Shown piece after piece: positions 38,887 through 46,830 of a DNA stretch of 64,000 nt. Below the pieces are notes generated by a model. That model had not been told where the DNA came from. It did not search any database and saw only the letters and a program-made list of their open reading frames with translations. The DNA comes from Methylotenera sp. (GTDB lineage Bacteria; Pseudomonadota; Gammaproteobacteria; Burkholderiales; Methylophilaceae): NCBI GenBank assembly GCA_031373695.1, contig JANMNC010000199.1:162-64161 (forward strand), given 5' to 3'. Within the stretch, counting starts at the first letter, position 1. Each line of letters begins with the position of its first letter. Position numbers and translations under genes: made by a program.

Positions 38887-40572
38887 TTACCACTCGTAAC
38901 CCAGCCTAAAGTGCAATCTATCGTCACCTTTTTCTATATCGCCTGCATCACGTAACGCATGCGCATAATCTAGGTTGGTAAAAATACCTTTGCTAAATTT
39001 TAATTTCACACCCAAACCTGCAGACATCAAATCACTGTTCTTTTCTTGCCCTGGCGTAGCTTTTAGCGTGCTCACATGGCCTGCATCTATAAAGCTAAAG
39101 GCATATAGCTCTTTAATAGAGTCTTTAAATGCGTTGTTATTGATAAGTTTCACCAGTGGCGGGGTACGTAGCTCTAAACTAGTAAATAGGCCGTTATCGC
39201 CTAAAGCTTGCGATTCCACATAACCACGCACAGATTCAGCGCCACCAATGGTAAATTGCTCGGCTGAAATCAATGGATCACCCGCCAACTGGCCACTTAA
39301 CTTGGCTTGCAGCGCCCAATTAAGGGGTAATTTTTGTGTATGTTTTAAATCAGCACGTAGATAAGCATAATTTGCGTTTGCAAAACTGCGCTTGTTTCTA
39401 AACTCTTTTTCGCTATTGCCCAAACCGCGTGGCGCAAAATTAACGCCAATATTCATTTGAGTTTGCGATGAAGGCAAATTTAAAGTACCGTCGTAAGTCA
39501 AACTAAAGGCGGTGTATGCAATGGGGTTATTGCCTACATCATTGCCTAAAATAAGGATAGTTTCTTTAAAGTCTTTATAATCTGCACCTAAAGTCATGCT
39601 GTGATAATAGTTTTCTACTAGCGGTAATGGATGGATATAGCGCGCCCCCAAAATTACGCCATTACCCACCACACTCACATCGCCCACTGCACTAATATCA
39701 CTTTTAGAAATAACGCCGTAGGCAGCAAAATAGTCACCATTCATACGCGGGATGACATAAGTACCAGAAACCACTTTCGTCTCATTTAAGTCTTCTGGCG
39801 ACACCTGAAAACTAATGCCAATACTGTGATCTTTTTGCCATAAATTCTCGTAACGCAGGCTACCGTTTAAACGAGTTTCAGTCGTGTTTTGTGAGTATCT
39901 ATCGTTAAGTTCCAAGCTTCCATGCAGTGGCAACTTATCTTGCACTTTTAAATCAACCTCAACTTTTCCTGGCGATTTACCAGCACGTAACACTGGTGTT
40001 ACTTGCCTATTTTGGCCACGATTCACCGTACCTAATTGCGTTTGAGCCGTAGGGAAGTGTGGCACTTTACCTTCACCAAACTCACCAACACGCGATTTAA
40101 CTTCTGCCAGAGAAGTATATTTTGAATCAGTTACACGTAGCTTTTCTACAGTGCCCTCTGTCACCTGCAAGCTAACAATGCCTGCATCTACTTCTTGCTG
40201 CGGAATACTGACAGAAACCGTTAAATATCCAGCATCTTGATAGGTTTTTTCTAATGCGGCACGTGCACTTTCCATATCTGCAATAGTTTTAGTTTCGCCC
40301 AAAAATGGGTAAACCGCTTCTTCTATCTTGCCGATGGGCAGTACTGTATTGCCATTAACCTTAATTTCAAATACGTTAAAAACTGGGTCTTGTGAGACAG
40401 ATTTTTCTGGCGTCGGCTTTTCTAGTTCTTGGCTACCTGATTTTGGCTTACTTATTTCTTCTTTTGTTAAATTTTGGTTGTTTTCTGCATGTGCGGCATT
40501 TGCGGCAAATAGGCAGGTATATGCTAATAAGGTATTGATAAATAGCAGATAAAAAAGGTTATTTTTTTGCAT
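38887..40572 (-). CDS. TpsB (ShlB/FhaC/HecB family) outer membrane transporter
   Basis: POTRA (VNGNTVL, Y-x-DAGY), GGAESVRGY motif and C-terminal LGYEW; adjacent to TpsA. Confidence 0.93.
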   Translation of the reverse strand: MQKNNLFYLLFINTLLAYTCLFAANAAHAENNQNLTKEEISKPKSGSQELEKPTPEKSVSQDPVFNVFEIKVNGNTVLPIGKIEEAVYPFLGETKTIADMESARAALEKTYQDAGYLTVSVSIPQQEVDAGIVSLQVTEGTVEKLRVTDSKYTSLAEVKSRVGEFGEGKVPHFPTAQTQLGTVNRGQNRQVTPVLRAGKSPGKVEVDLKVQDKLPLHGSLELNDRYSQNTTETRLNGSLRYENLWQKDHSIGISFQVSPEDLNETKVVSGTYVIPRMNGDYFAAYGVISKSDISAVGDVSVVGNGVILGARYIHPLPLVENYYHSMTLGADYKDFKETILILGNDVGNNPIAYTAFSLTYDGTLNLPSSQTQMNIGVNFAPRGLGNSEKEFRNKRSFANANYAYLRADLKHTQKLPLNWALQAKLSGQLAGDPLISAEQFTIGGAESVRGYVESQALGDNGLFTSLELRTPPLVKLINNNAFKDSIKELYAFSFIDAGHVSTLKATPGQEKNSDLMSAGLGVKLKFSKGIFTNLDYAHALRDAGDIEKGDDRLHFRLGYEW

Positions 40573-40768
40573 CTTAATAGTTAAATTTTATATAAAAGCA
40601 TTAGTTAATATTAATCACTATAATAAAAAACTAATGTTTCAACTGCGTGAATTAAGACTATACACAAGCACTTAAATAACTTAATTAACAATTATTTACT
40701 CAGTTTAACAACAGCTAAAAAGCAATTGCTTAACGGCAAATATCTAAAATAACTGAGTAAAAAACAAT

Positions 40769-40801
40769 AAAAAACGCACTGCCTTTTGAGCAGTGCGTTT
40801 T
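40769..40801 (-). terminator. Intrinsic terminator
   Basis: AAAACGCACTGC-cttttga-GCAGTGCGTTTT perfect 12-bp stem, with a U-run on the minus strand, after the 517-aa gene. Confidence 0.85.
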
Positions 40802-40864
40802 AATTATTACTATTAATTAAGGTGCTTCAACAAAGCTATTTAATTAACATCTCAACAAAACCAA

Positions 40865-42418
40865 TTACTGTGTTAATTGATATGGTGAGCAGTTATTACC
40901 TAATACAGTACCCTTCATTATTTGTGCACCAACGGTACATGCTGAGCCACCTAGTGGGTTCAACGTTAAACCGCGTGGTAATACTGCACATGATGTTGCT
41001 GGTGGTGCAGATAAAGCATCAGTGATTTGACCTACGATAACACTTTCAAACGCTGTTTTAGCTGGTACACCTGCATAGTTACTACGTACAAAGTTAACTG
41101 TTTCCATGTGGAATGGATAGTTACCGTTAGTGGCTTGTACACGAGCATTACTAGATGTAATTTGATTACCATTAAAAGTAATAGTTACAGAATCGCCTGC
41201 TTCTGGGTGCACGCCATCTACTTTTACATAGCGGTAGCCACCAGTTGCAGATGATGCCTCTGTACGCCAGTCATTTTCTGTTGACATAACACCGATTGCA
41301 AAATCACCTGCAGTTGCTGCTGTAGAAATACGTGTTTTAACGTTACCTGTACTAGAGCCTTCAAACACTTCAAAACCACTAAAAACGCCTGCAACTGCTG
41401 GTGGGTTTGAATCTGATGCTTTGGCTGGAGTAAAACTTGCACCTACTGCATCTGTACACGGTTTTTTCAAGAAAAATGCATTTGATGAAGCTTGTGTGCC
41501 TGATGTGTCAACACGGCGCGCTAAAATCATACGTTTTGTGCTACCTGGAATAATAGGTGACCAATCAGCTTGATAAGCACCGCCAGTAGCAGCGATAGAA
41601 ACGTATTGTTGACTAGTGATATTTGGTGCAAAAGCTGGATCAAAAGTAGTAGCATTTACATCTGCTAAGCCTTGTGCCGTTTGTAATGCACGGTACAAAG
41701 GTGTGCTAACTACCACACCAAATACTTGGCCAATATTAGCAGGTGATTGAACACCTTTTGAACTTACATCACCACCACCAATGTTTGCTGCAAATAAGGC
41801 AGCCTCAACATCAGAAAAACCACCCACAGGTAATTGTGGTGCTAATGGATCTGCTGCTACTGCCGCCGCTGCTGCTGCGTTAGTGGCTGCTGTAGCACCT
41901 GTACTTGGTAATGGCGCACCCACTTGTTGGCAACCTTTAAACACAGTAGCATTGTTATCTGGGTTAGAGCCATCTACATATGGCAGGCTAGTTGCACAAG
42001 TGCTAGTACCTACATATTTTAGGCGGGCTAATTTAGTACCAACAGTGTGTGGCGCAACAAACAGCAATGAACCGCCATCTACCACATGGTACAACACAGA
42101 AACCACATTGCCACGCGTACAAGCGTAAGCTAAAAAGTTACCGATAGAACCAGGTTTAACGTTACCAAGATTTACACCAGTGTTAGCTTGCGATGTAAAA
42201 ATAGTGTTAGTGCCAGCATCACAACCTACGCCAGCACCAGAACCTACCCAGCCTTCGTAAATATTAATAGTTGGTGCAGAGGCACCAGAAATCCAAGCTT
42301 GTTGTAATGTACCTGCAACGCGTGCAGCTTCAATTTGTGTTTGTGTAACAGGCGCGGCAAATGCATGAGCTGAACCTACTAAGCAAACAAGCGCTAAAGC
42401 GATTTTTGTCAATTTCAT
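40865..42418 (-). CDS. Secreted Cys-rich protein with PstS/DING-like phosphate-binding-protein motifs
   Basis: RBS GGAGA, signal peptide (AHAFA-A), ISGASA, GGFSDVE and RRVDTSGTQ motifs; 8 Cys in the mature chain. Confidence 0.7.
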   Translation of the reverse strand: MKLTKIALALVCLVGSAHAFAAPVTQTQIEAARVAGTLQQAWISGASAPTINIYEGWVGSGAGVGCDAGTNTIFTSQANTGVNLGNVKPGSIGNFLAYACTRGNVVSVLYHVVDGGSLLFVAPHTVGTKLARLKYVGTSTCATSLPYVDGSNPDNNATVFKGCQQVGAPLPSTGATAATNAAAAAAVAADPLAPQLPVGGFSDVEAALFAANIGGGDVSSKGVQSPANIGQVFGVVVSTPLYRALQTAQGLADVNATTFDPAFAPNITSQQYVSIAATGGAYQADWSPIIPGSTKRMILARRVDTSGTQASSNAFFLKKPCTDAVGASFTPAKASDSNPPAVAGVFSGFEVFEGSSTGNVKTRISTAATAGDFAIGVMSTENDWRTEASSATGGYRYVKVDGVHPEAGDSVTITFNGNQITSSNARVQATNGNYPFHMETVNFVRSNYAGVPAKTAFESVIVGQITDALSAPPATSCAVLPRGLTLNPLGGSACTVGAQIMKGTVLGNNCSPYQLTQ

Positions 42419-42443
42419 CTTATTTCTCCAAAAAAATTCTCTT

Positions 42444-42469
42444 AAAAGGTAGAGGCCGTGGCCTCTACC
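42444..42469 (-). terminator. GC-rich hairpin/terminator between the PEP-CTERM gene and the 517-aa gene
   Basis: GGTAGAGGCC-gt-GGCCTCTACC perfect inverted repeat, followed by TTTT on the minus strand. Confidence 0.7.
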
Positions 42470-42495
42470 AAATGATTGATTACAGTTAATACTAA

Positions 42496-43326
42496 TTAAG
42501 CTTGTTTACGACGTGCTACAAAACCCATAAAACCTAAACCTAATAACATCATGGCCCATGTATCAGCCTCTGGTACTGCTGTCACATTGGTTGTATAAGT
42601 TAGTAAACCTGTGTTGCTTAAGTTAAATTTAGCACCGTTACCAAATATAGTTAATGGCGCAGTTGCAAAAGAACTACCAGCTGTTACATATTGTGCCACT
42701 TGTAGATTTGAGCCAATTGCACCGATAGCTTTAGCACCTATGCCACTGTTAGCGCCAACTTTAGAAGTAATACCATATTGAGCTAGAGCATAACCAGCAC
42801 CAGCATTTGCTACACTGCTACCGTTTGCTACTAGTGAATGATTTTCGAATAACACAGAAGGGCCAAAACTAGTACCGTTAGTATATGCATCGAAATTAAC
42901 AGTTGCATTTTGAACTTGCCCAGTTGTTATATTGTTACCTGCTTCTGCAAATGAAGTAATTAAACCGCGTGAACCTGCGCCAGCACCAATTGCATCTGAA
43001 GCACCAATAGCGTAAACAGTATTTGCACTGTTAGAAGCAGCTAAAAATTGACCCCAAGCTGTTGAATAACCAGCATCAGTCGATAAGTTCCAAGAAAACG
43101 CAGTATCGTTTGCTGTAACACCACTGTTAGGGAATGCCGTACCAGCGATACTGAACTCACTATATGATTTACCCAAATCAAATGTGGCAGAAATATTTGC
43201 AACTTGGTCCCAAACCGTTAAAACCAATTCGCCATTACCAGTACTACCAGGTGCAATTGCCGCCTGTGCTGGAACAGCCGCTACTAATGCTAAAGCCGCT
43301 ACTAATGCTTTAAGTTGAAATTTCAT
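42496..43326 (-). CDS. PEP-CTERM sorting domain protein (VPEA variant)
   Basis: Start at ATG 43326 with RBS GGGAGA; signal MKFQLKALVAALALVAAVPAQA; C-terminus VPEADTWAMMLLGLGFMGFVARRKQA. Confidence 0.92.
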   Translation of the reverse strand: MKFQLKALVAALALVAAVPAQAAIAPGSTGNGELVLTVWDQVANISATFDLGKSYSEFSIAGTAFPNSGVTANDTAFSWNLSTDAGYSTAWGQFLAASNSANTVYAIGASDAIGAGAGSRGLITSFAEAGNNITTGQVQNATVNFDAYTNGTSFGPSVLFENHSLVANGSSVANAGAGYALAQYGITSKVGANSGIGAKAIGAIGSNLQVAQYVTAGSSFATAPLTIFGNGAKFNLSNTGLLTYTTNVTAVPEADTWAMMLLGLGFMGFVARRKQA

Positions 43327-43450
43327 GTGAATCTCCCAAAAATAAATACTAAAAAGTTGCCGATAAATAAACTTCAAAACGCTTAAAAATTTAACTATTA
43401 AGCGATGTTGCCAATTTAGAGACTGTTTGTTACATGCCAAAAATAATTTG

Positions 43451-43466
43451 TAGTCTGTGTGGACTA
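43451..43466. promoter_or_regulatory. Palindromic operator copy (candidate EpsA box, degenerate)
   Basis: TAGTCTG-TG-TGGACTA, one mismatch per arm. Confidence 0.6.
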
Positions 43467-43573
43467 GGCGAAACCGATGCATAGATTTATTAAAATAATT
43501 AACTCTACTTTTTGCAAAACTATTTTTTACCCATAGTTATTATGGGTGCGGGGTGTTAAGGGTTTTAGTTGTG

Positions 43574-43595
43574 ACATAGTCCGAACGGACTATGT
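43574..43595. promoter_or_regulatory. Palindromic operator copy (candidate EpsA box, perfect)
   Basis: ACATAGTCCG-AA-CGGACTATGT, perfect 10-bp arms. Confidence 0.8.
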
Positions 43596-43753
43596 TTTTA
43601 TACTTAGTTGTGTTGAATATTAAAGTTTTAAGTTAGCCAAATACCGCTAAAACAAAACAACTTTTTTAACTAGTTAATTTTAACTAATTTGATAAACGCT
43701 ACACACACTTGAAAGTAGCTTTAGTTTTAATACGCTGTGCAATGACAACTTTT

Positions 43754-44590
43754 TTATCTTAATATTTTAACCAAGCCAAGCTTGGCAGCTTTAACTGCTG
43801 CTTGGCCTCTATTTTGCACATCTAATTTACGCAAAATATTTTGCACATGATTTTTAACCGTAAGCGGGCTTATATCTAATATAGAAGAAATCTCCCAATT
43901 AGTTTTGCCCATGTGCACCCATTGCAAAATTTCTGATTCGCGGCCAGTAATCTTTTTGCTGGCCTTGCCAGTAAACACCATATTGCCACGGCTGCTGGTT
44001 ACTCTAATTAATCCACAATGTAGGTGCGGCATAATTAGCTCTAAAATTCGGGCATGGTTACTGTTTACTAAGTTGTTGTTAGGTTGCTTGGCAAGCCTTG
44101 CAAATATTACAAAGGTAGAAATACGGCTGTGGTTATCACCAAAGCCATGCGCTATAAAGCTACCTAGTTCTGAGGCTTTTAAATTGGGCTCGGCTACGTT
44201 AAGCACAGAGTAATTATTATAATCTGCAGAGCCTAAATGACTAGTTACAAGCACGGGTTGCGAAGTTTTAGTCCATAACTTTAAGGCCTGATTAACCAAT
44301 CCCGCTTCTTGTTTAATCACCTCATTAAATCGGGCATCGTCAAAGTAGCGAGAGCTAGTAAAATATTCAAAATCGTAAGCGTCTGTTTCTGTCGATTTAA
44401 CGCCAAAAATCATTACCTCGTGCGCTAACAAATATTGAAAACCTGCTTGCAGCCAATTAAACATGTGTGTGCGTTGCGATACACGCAGCGATTCTTCGAT
44501 CACCTCCATAAAAACCACGCGCTGCTCATCATCTAGGCAGCTTACGGCTTTTGCTGGTTCATCTATTGAAAATTGGGCGTTAATAATCAT
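43754..44590 (-). CDS. epsA: XrtB/PEP-CTERM-associated LuxR-type transcriptional regulator EpsA
   Basis: C-terminal LuxR HTH (ITGRESEILQWVHMGKTNWEISSILDISPLTVKNHVQNILRKL); N-terminal FNWLQ...HEVMI and AHG motifs; locus context. Confidence 0.9.
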   Translation of the reverse strand: MIINAQFSIDEPAKAVSCLDDEQRVVFMEVIEESLRVSQRTHMFNWLQAGFQYLLAHEVMIFGVKSTETDAYDFEYFTSSRYFDDARFNEVIKQEAGLVNQALKLWTKTSQPVLVTSHLGSADYNNYSVLNVAEPNLKASELGSFIAHGFGDNHSRISTFVIFARLAKQPNNNLVNSNHARILELIMPHLHCGLIRVTSSRGNMVFTGKASKKITGRESEILQWVHMGKTNWEISSILDISPLTVKNHVQNILRKLDVQNRGQAAVKAAKLGLVKILR

Positions 44591-44630
44591 GAAGGTATGT
44601 TTAAAATTTTCATGATTTTCAACTTTATTA

Positions 44631-44670
44631 ATGACAGCTTGATTAAAACTAAATGGCAGTTTTTTTACAG
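44631..44670 (-). promoter_or_regulatory. Pho-box-like array upstream of epsA
   Basis: Minus strand reads CTGTAAA-aaaa-CTGCCAT-ttag-TTTTAAT-caag-CTGTCAT with an exact 11-bp period. Confidence 0.65.
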
Positions 44671-44748
44671 TTTTATAACAAGCCTATAAATTACAAAATA
44701 CTCAAAGTTAGGGTGCACTAAAAACTGTCATATTAATAACTAATAATA

Positions 44749-45375
44749 ATGTGTATGAAAAATGTAAGTTTATTTATAGTATTTTTATTGGCAATTTTTT
44801 ATTTCAATTTAGCTGTTGCAGATGTATTTATTAATCTTGAGCAGGTTGATGAGATAAGCATAAGCAACACGCAGATTGATGCTGGCTATACCTATAAAAT
44901 CACAGAGCCAAAAAATAGTGCGCTGCAAATAGCAGAACCGTTTTTGGCCAATGTTAATAATAAAAACACACATCAATTGCGCCATAGCCAATTGCCCTAT
45001 AACAATGAGGTGCTAGCTGCGGCTAAAGAAACATCGGTTGATGCCGCATTAATTCATGCGGTAATTGCTACCGAATCCAAACACAATTCTAAAGCACTAT
45101 CTAGCAAAGGTGCCCAAGGCCTAATGCAGCTAATGCCTGCCACTGCGCGGCGCTTTAATGTGCAAGATAAAAACGATGCAGGCCAAAATATTTTAGCGGG
45201 CTCAAAATATTTGCGTGAGCTATTAACGCTATTTAAAGGTGATTTAAAGTTAACACTGGCGGCTTATAATGCTGGGCCTGGTGCAGTGCAAAAGTATAAC
45301 GGCCGCATTCCCCCCTACCAAGAAACCATGCATTACGTGCCAAAAGTACTTAAGTATTATCGGCAATATTCTTAG
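44749..45375 (+). CDS. Lytic transglycosylase (SLT domain)
   Basis: IATES (catalytic Glu), GAQGLMQLMP, AAYNAG and ETMHYV motifs. Confidence 0.92.
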   Translation: MCMKNVSLFIVFLLAIFYFNLAVADVFINLEQVDEISISNTQIDAGYTYKITEPKNSALQIAEPFLANVNNKNTHQLRHSQLPYNNEVLAAAKETSVDAALIHAVIATESKHNSKALSSKGAQGLMQLMPATARRFNVQDKNDAGQNILAGSKYLRELLTLFKGDLKLTLAAYNAGPGAVQKYNGRIPPYQETMHYVPKVLKYYRQYS

Positions 45376-45921
45376 TTAGCTAGTTGTTGCAGGTAACGCG
45401 GTTGGAACATTGCTTGGCGTGTAATTAAACTTCCATTCTTTATACTCTGCAGCCTCACCAAAACTTTCGTATTGCGTGGCAAAGCCAAACTTTTTAACAG
45501 GCGCTAACCTAGATAAGCTATAAACACCCGTGATTTGTGTTTGCTGCGTAATCAAACCCCATTGTTTATCATTTGGTAAAGTGGAAGCAAATGATGAACC
45601 AACAGATGTCGGGGTTTTATACAAGGGGTCTGCATATAGCTTGCGTATATGTCGCTTGGTAATTGGAAAGCGCTTATCTAACAATAAATCATCAAGCGTA
45701 TTGGGGAATTGCTTTGTACCGTTGGGGCTGCTTTCGTAATAGCTGCCAATTGCTTTACGAAACTCTTCGCCTATAAACAGTAGCTCTTTTTCGCGCTCAC
45801 GCTGCGAATCTTGATGCCAAACAATACCAGTGCCTGCCATGCCAATGCCTACAATAGCAATGACTGCCAGCAAGCCCATGTAGGTAAAACCTGCTTGTAA
45901 CTGTTTTTCAATTATGTACAT
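45376..45921 (-). CDS. Type II secretion minor pseudopilin (no Glu+5, GspK-like)
   Basis: Prepilin site QAG|FTYMGLL; EREKELLF and HIRKLYADP motifs. Confidence 0.8.
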   Translation of the reverse strand: MYIIEKQLQAGFTYMGLLAVIAIVGIGMAGTGIVWHQDSQREREKELLFIGEEFRKAIGSYYESSPNGTKQFPNTLDDLLLDKRFPITKRHIRKLYADPLYKTPTSVGSSFASTLPNDKQWGLITQQTQITGVYSLSRLAPVKKFGFATQYESFGEAAEYKEWKFNYTPSNVPTALPATTS

Positions 45922-45923
45922 TT

Positions 45924-46313
45924 TTACCAATCGGCATATTTAGTGCCATCTTTAGCTGTGCCCAATGCACCGCTGTGAATATCGGCTATATCCCCTTCAA
46001 TGGGTGGCTCAGGCGCTACAAATATCCAAGTAATTGTGCTTTCGGTAATCGGGTCAATCGGCAGTTTTCGTATGTATTTTTTATCCACTAAATCATCGAG
46101 TGTTTTGGGATATTGCCCAGTATCGGCATAAAATTTATCTAAACTTTCGCGTAAAGTGGTTAAATCTTGTTTCAGCGTAGCCTCTTTTGCACGTTCTATA
46201 CTGCTAAAATATTTTGGCACGGCAAGTGTAAGTAGCATAGCCAATATAGCCAATACTACTAGCAGCTCTACTAATGTAAAACCGTGTGTGAAACCACGTG
46301 TAGTTTTTTGCAT
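45924..46313 (-). CDS. Type II secretion pseudopilin (GspG-like paralog)
   Basis: G|FTLVELLVVL N-methylation motif, YPKTLDDL and YIRKLPIDP; start codon uncertain. Confidence 0.85.
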   Translation of the reverse strand: MQKTTRGFTHGFTLVELLVVLAILAMLLTLAVPKYFSSIERAKEATLKQDLTTLRESLDKFYADTGQYPKTLDDLVDKKYIRKLPIDPITESTITWIFVAPEPPIEGDIADIHSGALGTAKDGTKYADW

Positions 46314-46335
46314 AAGGCCTGCTAGTTTGTGATGC

Positions 46336-46830
46336 CTACCAATTAGCATATGGCACGCCATTAATACCAACTCGCTGGCTTTGTGAATAAACATCGAACA
46401 CATCTGCGCCTTCTGTTGGGTTTTGGGCATCACTTTCATAGCTGCGCAAGCCCCAGTTACTTGGCAAGTCACCTGCATTTTCATCGCTAGATAACATCGG
46501 GTCTTGTGGAATTCTGCGTAAAAATTTTATTTTATTTTTATTGACGTCTTTTTCATCGGTTACGCCGTTTACCAATATGATTAAATCTGGCGGGTAACCC
46601 GTTTCTTCAATACTTTTTTTAATGCGTCCATCATCAGCAGCTTTTTTGTAAGCATCGATGGCCTCACGGATTTGACGCAAATTTGCACGCAACTCGTTTT
46701 CTTTGCTGCGCTGCACACTCATTTGCAACATGGGCATTGCTGCACTGGCTAAAATGGCCAAAATAGTAACTGTGACTATCAATTCTATTAGTGTAAAACC
46801 TTTAAATTTTTTATTAATGCACTTTATCAT
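46336..46830 (-). CDS. Type II secretion pseudopilin
   Basis: KG|FTLIELIV, IREAIDAY and FLRRIPQDP motifs. Confidence 0.87.
   Translation of the reverse strand: MIKCINKKFKGFTLIELIVTVTILAILASAAMPMLQMSVQRSKENELRANLRQIREAIDAYKKAADDGRIKKSIEETGYPPDLIILVNGVTDEKDVNKNKIKFLRRIPQDPMLSSDENAGDLPSNWGLRSYESDAQNPTEGADVFDVYSQSQRVGINGVPYANW

Noticed and set aside
28553-40572. TPS pair as a contact-dependent inhibition system
   Set aside because: No VENN/pre-toxin motif, no variable toxin tip and no small downstream immunity ORF.
43327-43482. 52-aa N-terminal extension of the PEP-CTERM ORF in the track
   Set aside because: The RBS and signal peptide start at ATG 43326; the upstream part is promoter DNA containing a palindrome copy.
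46270-46300. Doubled prepilin-like motif RGFTHGFTLVE
   Set aside because: Only the second GF is followed by Glu+5 and the hydrophobic helix; the first is probably a trivial micro-duplication.
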